A stretch of 63,309 nucleotides of DNA, filler included, from Reticulomyxa filosa (taxonomy: Eukaryota; Protista; Foraminifera): NCBI GenBank assembly GCA_000512085.1. It is 13 parts of 13 records of this genome, joined end to end, with 100 filler letters (N's around TTAATTAATTAA, not from the genome) between each part and the next. Parts side by side here need not be neighbours in the genome. Positions count along the whole stretch, not along the records: positions 35,646 to 41,053 come from ASPP01008874.1; positions 41,154 to 45,929 come from ASPP01002351.1; positions 46,030 to 51,889 come from ASPP01007794.1; positions 51,990 to 61,670 come from ASPP01019110.1; 9 more parts are not named here. One strand, 5' to 3'. A program made the translations under genes and the position numbers. This document shows, one piece after another, positions 41,018 through 52,707 of the stretch; the stretch's first letter is position 1; every line of letters begins with the position of its first letter. Below the pieces are notes generated by a model. The model made no database searches, was not told the DNA's origin, and saw only the letters and a list, made by a program, of their open reading frames with translations.

Positions 41018-41053
<36 letters not shown>

Positions 41054-41153
41054 NNNNNNNNNNNNNNNNNNNNNNNNNNNNNNNNNNNNNNNNNNNNTTA
41101 ATTAATTAANNNNNNNNNNNNNNNNNNNNNNNNNNNNNNNNNNNNNNNNNNNN
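41054..41153. other. Artificial contig spacer
   Basis: 44 N + TTAATTAATTAA + 44 N. Confidence 0.98.
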
Positions 41154-41558
41154 AATGCCACGCATTCACGAGAGAAAGTATATTTTTCAAAGAAGTTTTC
41201 TTTTGTATTACAGTTAACTCCTGCTATCCATAAAAGACAAAGCCATAGTTAAATTTTTAAAAAATTGTTTGTAAGTACATATGTAACGTAGGTCTTCTGA
41301 AAATAATAAAAAGTATTTGAAAAGCGAGTACATTAAAAAGTAGCAAAAGTATAAAAGGTTGAATCGATGATAAAATGAACATACTCAGAATCCAGAAAAA
41401 CTATTTGCTAAAAAAAAGTGAATAGAAAATGTACAATATTAGTGAAAATGCTACTTTAATAACTTATCTGCTTTCAGACTTGTCAATTTACAGCAATCAA
41501 TTACCCTTGAACTTTCTCGTGTAAAATAGTAATAATAATCGATATTGCTTTTTAACAA

Positions 41559-42934
41559 ATGGAGGTGGAGAATTCGAATAAAAAGAATGATGTGCCATTG
41601 CCCCAGGAAAATGAAACTATACAAAAAACAAAAAAAAAAAATCGAAACGCACACGAAAAGCGTTAACAAAAGAAATGAAGGACAGTGAAGCGACAGGTAG
41701 CCCACCCAAAAAACGAAGCAAGCTAGACAATGCAAACAAAGAAAATAGCGCGAAGATACCAACGAAAGTAAAGGAAGTGGTATCCAAAACTAACGAAGCA
41801 AAGAATGCAAATGAAGTAAAGAATGCAAATGAAGCGAAGAATGCAAATGAAATAAAGAAAGTAAACAAAGCAAAGAGCGCAAAGATAGCAAACGAAGTGA
41901 AGAAGCAAAGCGGATCAATGAAAAAAAAGAATAGAAAAAAGACCAGACTAACAAAAAAAAGCCATTCGACAAAAAAAAAAAACTTTGCACCAACAAAATC
42001 GTCGGAAGGAACAAAGCAGATACCAAGCCAATCCAATGAGTTGGATAGATTAATCGAGTCAAGTGGACCTGAGAAAGTCAATGAATCGGCTGCGTTGCAT
42101 AAGTTGAATGAAGCAAATCAGCCAAAGACACAAAATGAATCCAATGATCCAAAGACAAAAAAGAATATACCGAATCCAAGTCAACCAGAACAACAGTCGA
42201 ATAAATCCAATAAACCTACAGAATCAACGAGCCCTACTGTGTTGTTGGATAAATCGAATGATTCCAATAAAGTGCGTACATCGATAGAGTTAGATAAACC
42301 AAAGAAGGCGCCCAAAGTTCACGCAACTGCTCAAATTGTCTACAAATCTGCCGATTGTCTTTTCAAAGATCTGTTTTGTGCGTTAGAACATGTCAAGGTT
42401 TGGTATTTTCAAAATATGTGTGACATATAATTTTTTTTTTTTAGTTACATTGTTTTAAGAAAGGGTCCCCCCCCCCCCAAAAAAAAGGAAAATCAGAAAG
42501 GACACGTGGCCGAACTAGAAAACGTGCTAGTGCAAATAAATAATGTTTTCAAACATAATAAACAAGAGCTGGACAACACCATTGAAAAACAGGAACCAAC
42601 CAAGGTAATTGCATTGTTAAGAGACTTGGCTCACTTTTTGAAAAAGAGGTCTTTCCACTGTGTTCATTGGCTACCTCTTATAACTGGCCTGCTTGACAAG
42701 CACAGCAACAGTCTTTCCAATGAATCCATACAATCCTCCTTACTTTTATTGCATCAGCTGTTGGATGGCCAACTGAAGTGCTTGACGCCCATATTCAAAT
42801 TGCAAGGGAGGATTAATTTACTTAATAAACAGATTTTGAAAGTTCATCAAACAATTGATCACGATGCCATTTCGCAACCTGTAGATCCGCTCTTTTTGGA
42901 CAAGCCTTTGTTTGTTCATGTCGATGATCAATAA
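41559..42934 (+). CDS. Utp12/Dip2-domain (Utp5/WDR43 C-terminal-like) protein with Lys-rich disordered N-terminus, 2 exons
   Basis: VIALLRDL...HWLPLITGLLDKHSNSL...LLLLHQLLDGQL...FKLQGRINLLNKQI matches the Utp12 domain pattern. The ATG at 41559 joins ORF 41675 if one A is added in the 41630-41641 run. Confidence 0.7.
41791..41860 (+). repeat. 18-bp tandem repeat (NE[AVI]KNA)
   Basis: aatgaag(c/t)(a/g)aagaatgca units, ~3.5 copies. Confidence 0.8.
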
Positions 42935-43466
42935 ACATATGCGTTGTCAAATGCGAGTGGGAAACAAAAAAACGGGAAGGAAGATAAATAAAAATAAGTA
43001 AATAAAACAACATTGAAATTGTATTATCCAAGAAATATGTTTGACGGAGTAGATAATGTGTCAACTCAAATGATGAACTAATCTTACTTTTGAGTATTTA
43101 TTTGATTTATTCTTGTTTATTTCTTGAAATAATTTTTTCTTTATACGCTTTTCTTGGGCATGACCAATTGGAAACTTTCAATTTTTCATACCACAAATTT
43201 GAGTTTTTTATACTTTTTGATATAAATGCTCGTGATAATCTACATTTTTGATACTTGAAAGCAAAGTAAATCCAGACAAAAAGGTATAAATTCCGAGAAA
43301 GATTTGCAATTTCGTAACACAAATTATTTTTCTCCCATTGAAAATTAAAAGAGCAACAATCTTCCAAAAAAAACCAAAAAACAATAAATTTCTCTAAAAA
43401 GAGAAAGTAATAGAGCAATAAGCATTAGTTATTTATTCTTGATGATTCTTTTAGAAAAGAAATAAA

Positions 43467-44923
43467 TTATAACAAATAAACACGTTTACAAATGCATTTT
43501 GAAGATAAGACTTGCATTTTAGCTAACATTTGAACACCTTTTTTGGAAACAACCAATCCCAAATCCGAAACATAATATAAAGGTTGTTTATTAGCAATTT
43601 GATTAGTAATAGGACAAATAATAATACTTTGATGAGGTTTAATCCATCGAACATCTTGACTAAGTTGATTTAATTTTGATCTTGTATTAAATTTACAAGT
43701 GGGACACATAGGATTAGACCATTCAGGAATCATACAATAAGGTGTTTTAATAACAGGTAAAGCAAAAGATAAAATTTTTTCAAGTAATGAATGATTTTCA
43801 AGTCCATGAATAGTAATAAAAGAAGAAATAAAGCATTGTTCAATTTTATTCCAAAGAAGATCAGGATTAAGAGCATATTGAAGAAGTGTAGGATAAGAAT
43901 CATGATTAGAATTAATATTATTACTATTTAATAATCCTTTAGATGATGATGATGATGATGATGATGATAATGATTTAATAGTAAGTACTACAGTCATTAA
44001 TTGTGATATATTAGAATATTTTTGATTTAATGTATTATCATTATTATTATCATCTTTTAATAAATGATTACGAATATATTGTAATGCTTCAGATTCTTTT
44101 CCTTTTTTTGCTAAATCAATAATATGAACACAATGAAGCCAATATTCTAATTGACTTTGATGTTGTTTTAAATGTGATTTATTTTGACGACACCATTTAA
44201 ATAAAGAATGTAAATTTCTTTGTTGTAATGCAATAAAAGTATTTTTATTATGATGAAAAATATCAAATGTAGTTAATAAACCTAATTCATTACATATTAA
44301 TAAATTCTTTGCACTATCAAAACAATAATTTCTTAACATATAATCAATTATTACACGATCCATAAATATTCTTTCCCATTTTCTTTTAAATAAATCTGGA
44401 TTACCTGTAAATGGATCAATATATTCATAACTTCTTTGATATATTTGTCTATATTTAAGTCGATCATTCATATTTAATAAAGGTGATGTTGTAGTAGGAG
44501 ATGATGATAATACATTTATTGGTGATGGAGGATATGTATATGAATAATTATTATTATTATTATTATTTCCAACTATTCCTGTACTTGTACTCATTGGTGA
44601 CATTTCATCTAATGATAACCAAGTTTTTTGTCCACTATCATCTATATCAATATTATTATTATTATTATCATTATTATCATCATCATCATCATTTTTCTTT
44701 TCTCTTTGATTAATACTTGTTGAATGTAATACTGGCATTTGTACTTGCTTTTTTGTCATAACTTGAACATAAGGAGAAAATGTAAAAGCATGTGTACTTG
44801 TATTTGTATTTCCTTGTTTTAATCCACCATGTGTATCAATTGATGGAGATCGTGGATAAACTAATGTAGAAGGAGTACGAGGAATAAAAGTTGGATTAAT
44901 ATTACTAGTTATATTATTAGTCA

Positions 44924-44966
<43 letters not shown>

Positions 44967-45356
44967 TATTTGTGTTACTCCATAATGATAATCTGATACA
45001 CTTCTTGGATCCCATGCATTAATTGGTGTCTTCAATTTTGATTGTACTTTTTGAACTTTAAAATATTGAATTCTATGATCCAATACTTTTAATTCGTGAT
45101 TGGTTATTGTTTCAAATCCTTTTAATGAACTTTTCATTGATTCCAAATGTTTAATTAATTCTTCTATGCTATTTGGTGCTTCTATTGATTCTCTCTTTTC
45201 CCAACTGCTGTGCAATTCACGGTCAAATTCTGCCAAATGTCGAACCACATACTTTCGAGAATTTCTCAAACTTTTGCGGAGACCTTGCAACGCTGAACCA
45301 AACAACTCATACTCTCCTTCCAACGGGTTTTCAAGTTTTCCCTTATTGGCTGTCAT
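43467..45356 (-). CDS. MAEA: CTLH/GID E3 ligase subunit MAEA/Fyv10 (Gid9)-like with a large low-complexity insertion
   Basis: N-terminal coiled coil, LisH (DRVIIDYMLRNYCFDSAKNL), CTLH (WCRQNKSHLK..SQLEYWL), CRA, IKTPYC..NPMCPTC, HQSIIICPIT. The 3' end may continue in another exon. Confidence 0.85.
44926..44966 (-). repeat. (AAT)n microsatellite encoding poly-Asn in the MAEA insertion
   Basis: Direct reading. Confidence 0.9.
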
Positions 45357-45718
45357 TGTACTCAAGGTCAATATTTCTTATAAATTATCAAAGGCAAAAG
45401 ACTTGGAAATAAAAAAGTGAGTAGACCCTTTCCAATTTTTAATGAGTCAGTACAAATGTTGTACGAAGATTTTATTTCTGACAAAACGAAATTTGTGTTA
45501 GTGGTAGAAATAGTTGAAATTGATTTATTTAAGTTATATTCGTTTCTACTGAAACATACGAGTATAGTGTGTTTTCATGTAGTATAGGCCAAGATATTAT
45601 TATCAATAGTAAAATGTCCAAAAATTCACAAAAATCCTGCATTGAGATAATAATGAGCTTCGGCTTGAGTATACAGATAAGTTTTTCCAGAAGAAAAAAA
45701 AGAGGAAGATGGTACCAT

Positions 45719-45898
45719 TCAGCTAATAGCAAACACAGATTTCGGTTCAATTTTTTGTTTTGCATCCTCTTGACTAGTTTTTTTGATATAGTCATTCAGC
45801 TGGTTACTGAGATCATGAACCAAAATTCTTTGTGCAATTTTCAACTGTGTTTTCAAGATTTGTTGTACCTCTTCTATTGGTTGAATATTGTACTCTAC
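45719..45898 (-). CDS. Terminal exon of a probable RasGEF (CDC25) domain protein, 5' partial
   Basis: After an AG acceptor: VEYNIQPIEEVQQILKTQL...YIKKTSQEDAKQKIEPKSVFAIS*, resembling the RasGEF C-terminus (Y.l.p...iq.yl......S...EP). Confidence 0.5.
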   Translation of the reverse strand, partial: VEYNIQPIEEVQQILKTQLKIAQRILVHDLSNQLNDYIKKTSQEDAKQKIEPKSVFAIS

Positions 45899-45929
45899 CT
45901 ATTTTTTTTTTTTTTTTTTTTTTTTTCCT

Positions 45930-46029
45930 NNNNNNNNNNNNNNNNNNNNNNNNNNNNNNNNNNNNNNNNNNNNTTAATTAATTAANNNNNNNNNNNNNNN
46001 NNNNNNNNNNNNNNNNNNNNNNNNNNNNN
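45930..46029. other. Artificial contig spacer
   Basis: 44 N + TTAATTAATTAA + 44 N. Confidence 0.98.
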
Positions 46030-46070
46030 AAAAAAAAAAAAAAAAAAAAAACATATACGTATAGATTAAC

Positions 46071-46884
46071 ATCATCAATCCTAGATAAAGGATAAACAGG
46101 AAAATAGGCAACAACGCAAAAATTCAACACAGTTGTAACCATACACGTTGTCACTAATGTCACACATTTCACAGTAAGATGAATAAGTTCTTCTCGTTGC
46201 TCTCGAGATTTCGAATCCTCGGCACTGCTTTCATCCCCGATTAAACGTAATAAAGGCCTTTGTTTTTTTTTTGTTTTGTTTTGTTTAAGAAAAACCACGA
46301 ATACTGTATACGTACAAATGTAAAAAAAAAAAAAAACAAAAACAAAAAGATAAACAAAATTACCAGATAAAAGACCACGTCAACAGCAAACTGAAGATAA
46401 TGTCAAACACTGCATAGTATACTAACACAAAGCTTTCCACGAATGGAAAGCACTCAGACAAGTATGATTTTGTGCGTTTACTATACAAGTGTCCTATAAT
46501 CATTCCCACCAAAATGAACACCATCAACAAACATTTCAAAGCGTTCAAATATCGGGCCGAGTATTTAAGCACTGATCCGTCAAATGCCAGTTCCAATCGA
46601 TAAATAAATAACCGATACAACAACACCTTAGAAAATATTATACCAAATCCATAACTCACGCCGATCGCTCCGCAATATTTAATTGGAAACAGCACAATCC
46701 CCAAAGCAGCTATTTGCAATTCCAAATAGACCAATAGACATGCGTAGGTTGTTACTAGCATTCCCTTCGATATTTCCTTATCCGTTTTTAAAACGTCCCG
46801 TGTTAACTGAAACGTAACACCAACTATTGCCAGCAACACTGAAAAACACACGAATTCATAGACTATCACTGCCCAATACGTCAT
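46071..46884 (-). CDS. Seven-transmembrane receptor-like protein (paralogue A), 3' partial
   Basis: Five hydrophobic segments in exon 1 and more in exon 2 (46257-46071); FSKVLLYRLFIYRLELAF.G....YSARYL is shared with paralogue B. Confidence 0.8.
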
Positions 46885-47204
46885 AGTGAAATATAAAAGC
46901 TTTGCTAAATGTCCTGTCGCTCTGCTTAAAACTAGTTTTTTTTGGGACTTGGCACCAGCTCAAAGCGGTTTGTACCTTGACAAGTGTTTGTGTTTAATTA
47001 ATTTAGTTGAAATCGCCGTTACCAAGCAAAAATGAGTTAATGGCTCCATTTTATTACAAAAAGACTTAAGCTCACCTCAAGTTATTCAAAATCTTAATCA
47101 AGTCATATTAACTCTCCGTTTTTTTTTTTTTTGGAGAAAAATTTCTTTGTTGAAGTACAAACCCGGAGTAAAAAAAGTACAATTAACAATAAAAAAGCAG
47201 TACT

Positions 47205-48440
47205 ATGATAACTTGGTTTGCATTATCATATGGAGTGTTGTGTTTGTTCTCCATATTGATAATTTCCTTTGTGATAGTGCAATTTACTCGAGACGTCAGA
47301 CAAGCGTTTTGCGAAAACAAACAAATGAGCAAAAAGTTGATAATAAGTACATACGGTTGCCTTTTTTTATATCTTATGTTGCAATTTTCTGCGTTAGCTA
47401 TAATAGCATTGCCACTTCGATTTTGTGCCATGATTGGTGCTGTATATGGAAACTGTCTTGTTTTTTCGAAGATACTACTGTATCGACAATTTATTTATCG
47501 ATTAGAACTGGTGTTTCAGGGAACAGTACATGCTTATTCCGCCCGATACTTATATACCTTAAAAATTATATTGCTACTTTTTATTGGCTACTCCTTCGTT
47601 GTGGGTTATCTTTACAGTGAACAAAAGAGTACTATGCTTTCATCATGTACCCCATTGATAGCAGCCTTTGTAATGGTGGACTTTGTGATTTTTGACATCC
47701 TCATTACCTTTACCCTTACCGTATCTTTTCTCTGGTTTGTTGTTTCTTTTTTTAAATTGTCACGACAACTATACAAATAAAAATATACGTAACATCTTTT
47801 TAAATAGGTCTTTTTTTTTTTTTTTCTCCCCTTTTGTAAAAAGTACTTTTCGTCTCTGAAAACAGTTTTTTTTTTTGCAGCATCAATTTTGGCAGAAAAG
47901 ATTCAAAAACTATTTTTTGTTTTTCTCATGTCATACTATTATAAAAATATAGGCCATTATTTGGATTGATTCGTGCAGACACGAACGATGCTTCTTTGAG
48001 CTCTGGCAAAGAAGAACCACTCGTCTACTTGGCCGTGAAACAGGTGACATTGGTAACCATTTGTATGGTTACAACTACGGCGAGTTTTGGCACCGTTGCA
48101 GCTGGTTTGCAGACTTTTCATTTGGCCAGAATTGATGATGTTATTCAATTTTTATATTTTTGTATTTTTTTTTTCCTTGGCATAATTTTAGGGATAGATG
48201 TATACATTTTTGTTTGTTTATTTGCTCCTTTTTCTCTCCCTTATATTATTGGATTTTGTCGTGTAGATTTTCAATTGTCTCAGTATACTGTTTTTCGGAT
48301 CAAACCACGACCAATGGTATATGCGTTTCTATTGCGCATGTCACAAGTGTTGGTATTTCCCCGTGCGTGCCGTAATTAATCGTATGCCTCAACCTCGGAT
48401 CGAACTTCAGCCTCAACTCTCTGTCACCAGCATTTCATGA
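47205..48440 (+). CDS. Seven-transmembrane receptor-like protein (paralogue B); exons 47205-47734, 47953-48139, 48267-48440
   Basis: Spliced product has ~7 hydrophobic helices, Cys at the top of TM3 and in the loop before TM5, and ends RIDD-IFNCLSILFFGSNHDQWYMRFYCACHKC. Confidence 0.82.
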
Positions 48441-48947
48441 TAAAGAGAAGAGTACAAAAAAGTGCTTTAACGTTGATCGCTCTTGACTTTTTTTATTTTG
48501 TTGTTTTTATTGAATATCAAAAATATTTTATGTCCAGTCTCATTAAAGGAAGTGGTTATTGTTGGTTTTTTTTGTTTTTGTTTTTTAGTTTTCTATTCCA
48601 ATTGTTGTATTGAACGGTCTGAAAGATTGAGATACAATTTGCGCTTTACACATAAGGTAAAACAGATTTATTCCTGTAAATGATTTTATGTAATGGATCA
48701 TGTGTCGCATGAGTCGTATTGCGATAGGGTGTTAAAACAGATACTCAAAATACAACACAAGAACCAAATCCAAGACCTCAAACTTTGGAGACACCTATGG
48801 GTGTTTTGTTTTTTTTTTTAAATTCCAATAAAAACATAAAAAGAAAAAAAAACTAATAATAATAAAAAAGGAACAAATGATAGTAAAAATAATCTAAAAA
48901 CGACCCAGGAAGAAGTAAAATTTCTTCTTTGAATATTTGTTTTTAAT

Positions 48948-51057
48948 TTAATCAGTAGCTGAAACAGGTTTTTCATCAATTTTTTCACCAAGTTCGTCTT
49001 TTGAATTTGCAGCATCGATCATATTGTTGAGCGCCTGTTCAATCCTTGCAGTACTTCTTTGGACGTAAGCAAAAAGTATATGTTTGATAATCATGAGCAG
49101 TGTTCCAAAGAGTGCCACTCCGGCCCATGAATTATTTCCATAATTATTAAGTAAATTGATAGATGCGATGAACCCCCAAAAATCTTGGAATACAATGTTC
49201 ATGACAATGATAAAATTATTAATTAGCTCTCCTTTATTTTCCATTTCAACCAATTGCATCACTATCCGTGGTGGTCGCTGAGTGAATAACACCCACATCA
49301 TAAGTGGAGATTCCCTGGCAGCGGAAATAAGTAAAGGCAAGTGAGACTTAAGAGCTGCCTTTCCAACAATGAATTCTATCCACGAACCAGCAAATAGCTC
49401 ATTCACATTGTTCACACCAATCAACGTATATACCAACATTCCTTTAATAATTTCTTTCAATAATGTAAAAAATGCCAAAGCGACAATCAGTCCACGTGTC
49501 GCATTGTCGTAATAGTTTTTATTACACTCGTCACATTTCTTATTCACAGTGATTTGCACTTCGGCATATGCAGTCATATCACATACTGATGTATCAAAAC
49601 CTTTTTTTTTTTTAATATTATATTATTATTTTTGGTTAGAATTTTTTTTTTTTTTTTTTAAGTTTTATTTGTATATGATAGAAGATTCACTGATATATTT
49701 TATCAGTAAATAGACAATAGCAGATAGGATATAATAGAGTGGTAAGAATAACAATAACGATAATGACAAATGGATTGCACATACCACTTTGACTTGCGCT
49801 GGTGCAATCAAGACATTGCCCATAACATGGACTATAATCAAAAGCAGTAAGACAAGTCCAATGAAGTTCTGAGCTGCTGGGATAGTTATAGCATCCATTG
49901 TTTGCAGAGTCCAATTCACAACAGTATACATACGTACTTGATTGTGTTCGATTTACAACCGACACAAACCCTATAACATCATTTGTTTGTTTGGTTCTGG
50001 AAAAGTTCATGGGAGAGAAGGAAAAAAAAAAAAAAAAAAGTTAACCCCCCCCCCTCCTCCTCTCCTCTTGCCCTTTATCTCTTTAATTGCTCCTCATTAA
50101 AAAGTGCTCAATCATTATCTTTCTCTTTGCCCTGACTTGTAAAGCATTTGCTATGCGTTTGTGTGTTCACTGAAACAAACCAATGTCACATATGATAGCA
50201 AATGTACACGAGACCACAACCAACCATAAACGCCAAATAGCAGGTATACGTGTCAACCATTGATCCGCTTTGCTGACAGTATGTTCTTCAAACCACAACT
50301 TCACTTCACTCCCTTTCTTTTTAAGTCCACCGCCATTTCCCGAATAATTTTTGGATTTGTTCGTGCTGTCTTTGAGCGACGCATAACTCTTCTTTTCGCT
50401 CTCCTTCCCCTTAGTTTCATCAGATTTGGTCGATGCTTCTGTCCCAAAGGGAACTGCTGTTGTGGCTTCGATCATCTCCGCACCTGATGACTCGTTTTCT
50501 GTGGGTCCAATCAAAAATAAATAAAAAAGGGGAGAGAAAAAAAAAAAAAAAAAAAAAAAAATTTTTATTTTATTTTTTTTTTTTTGCAACGCAACAGCGC
50601 ATACAGCAAGTTCATAGATTAGCTTTAAAAGTAAGCCAGTTGCTTCACACAATGAAAAAGAGAAAATGAAATACTCACCGGCAAGTTGCATATGACTTTT
50701 TGCTGAAGCTTTCATACTTGATGTATTGTCGGATCGGATGAATGGCTTGCCTTCTTGTCCACGACGTTTGCCCTGTTCGTTTTCATTTTCCACTTCATCT
50801 TCATTATTATCCTCGTCCCCTTCTGTTGTCAGTTTGTTTTGTTTTTTCCATTCCATGAAGTTATTAATAAACCTTGTTCGTAATAATGAGTCGCTTATGT
50901 TCAACTCATCCGCAAACGTCGATTGCAATGTATTTTCAGAAAACGCCGCAAGTTTTGCTGCTGTCAATTGCCGCTGTTGGAATAAGTCCAATAGAAATCT
51001 TGCATCTTTTTCTGAATGTACCCATTCTTGGATCAGATTCAAATTCAAATCGCTCAT
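48948..51057 (-). CDS. SAM-domain multipass membrane protein with a Cys-rich loop, multi-exon
   Basis: N-terminal EWV...LLDLFQQRQLTAAKLAAF...ELNISDSLLRTRFI (SAM-like), TM (WRLWLVVVSCTFAII), Cys-rich exon (CCELD..GC..C..C..C..C) and a final exon with 3-4 TM helices. Confidence 0.65.
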
Positions 51058-51279
51058 GATTCTTTTTATTTTCAAAAAAACTTTTACAAGAAGAAAAAAA
51101 TCTAAAACAACGCCACCTGTATTCTTCTCCGGTTATCGCAAGGGACAGTGGGTTATCCGGTAATATATGTAGTAATTATATTTAAAATTTAACATTATAG
51201 TAGGCCAGTGAACTTCGAATGCAAGACAATGATACTCCAAATGAATTGAAACTTAAAAAAAAAAAAAGTCCCCTTGCAT

Positions 51280-51760
51280 ATGTGGAGCAACCAACTCGTT
51301 CACCTCCTTAACACATCAACAAAATCCTGCAAACCAAAAGTGACAAGAAGAACATGTACCTCGCTTGTCCTTGATCATTGGCGTTTGCAAAAGAGATCAT
51401 TTGCGCTCAATAGCAACGAAAGTGCGCCCGGCAAGATTCCTCGCCTTCGCACGACCCCAGAAGCAAGTGAGTCCGAAATTCCGAAAAACACAATAGCAGA
51501 ACTGGAAAAGAGGAAGGAAAAGGGAAAAAGGGCATGTCGTTGGCGCAGAGATACGAGGCGGCAGTAAAATCAAAGAATTACAGATGGATAAGCCCCAAAA
51601 CAGGCTGGAGATTGCTCTTGCTTTATTTTGTAATTAGTTTTGGATGCTTTGGGTACATTTACCACAACAATATCCTCCCTTCGCGACTGTTGTACGTCCA
51701 GCCAATTTTACTAAACATCGACCCGGAAAGAGCCCATCTCATGTTTTGTGACATGTTGTT
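51280..51760 (+). CDS. Hypothetical single-TM protein with a possible mitochondrial presequence, 3' partial
   Basis: ORFs 51274-51567 (Arg/Ser/Thr-rich N-terminus) and 51534-51821 (TM WRLLLLYFVISFGCFGYIY) join if one A is added at ~51525. Confidence 0.45.
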
Positions 51761-51846
51761 TTTTTTTTTTTTTATCACCCCTTTTTTTTTTTTTTTCACA
51801 AAAAAAAAAAAAATTAGATGAATTGAACCACATTTGAGAGTAATGT

Positions 51847-51889
<43 letters not shown>

Positions 51890-51989
51890 NNNNNNNNNNN
51901 NNNNNNNNNNNNNNNNNNNNNNNNNNNNNNNNNTTAATTAATTAANNNNNNNNNNNNNNNNNNNNNNNNNNNNNNNNNNNNNNNNNNNN
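51890..51989. other. Artificial contig spacer
   Basis: 44 N + TTAATTAATTAA + 44 N. Confidence 0.98.
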
Positions 51990-52707
51990 AAACAGATTTC
52001 ATTGCTGCAATATCCTTGCAAATTAATTCCTGGTTTTATTTCTCCTATTTCTGTTTTTTCTGTTTCCTTTTGGACACTCTTGTTACTTCCACTAATTTCA
52101 TTTACTGTATTTCCTTGTTCTTGTTTCTATTCATCATTTCAAACAAAGAGATATGAAATAAAATAAAATGATTTTTTTTTTTACCTGTTTTGCATTCTTC
52201 AATTCATTGGCTTTGCTTTTTTCTTCAGATTTTGCTCTTTATTTTTTGTATGTTTAAGTAAAGGAATAAAAATATTTTTGTCATTAATAAAATAGTTTTT
52301 TATTTTGTTACTTAAATACCTCTTTTTCAATTGATTGCTGGATAAGATCTTTAATCACCGTTTCGATATTTCCGTAATGTTTTTCTATTTTTTGTTTTAA
52401 CTCTTCTTCGGTGATGGAATCTCCAAATAATCGAATCAGCGTTTTAATCTCTTTTCCGTATTTTTGATTATTATTGTTGCTGTTGTTGTTATCTTGCATT
52501 CCTCCATTACACTTTATATCACCTATTAAAATACAGTTGTACATCCCCATTGTTTTATACGATCATATATATTACTAGTTGGACTTTATAACTTGTATTT
52601 TGAGATTGCACAAGAAATGTCATGTCCTTGTCCTTGGCAGAATTTCCATAATATCTTGCCGAGCTTGTCATAAACGGCATTACTGACTGATGTTCATCAC
52701 TGGTCAT
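51990..52707 (-). CDS. Multi-exon CUE/UBA-like + Cys-motif (PGINLQGYCxN) family protein, 3' partial
   Basis: KYGKEIKTLIRLFGDSITEEELKQKIEKHYGNIETVIKDL helical module, then EIGEIKPGINLQGYCSNEIC at the contig edge. Confidence 0.6.

Noticed and set aside
51534-51760. Seipin-like N-terminus
   Set aside because: Only a TM plus Y..P pattern; the upstream frame looks like a mitochondrial presequence; evidence is insufficient.
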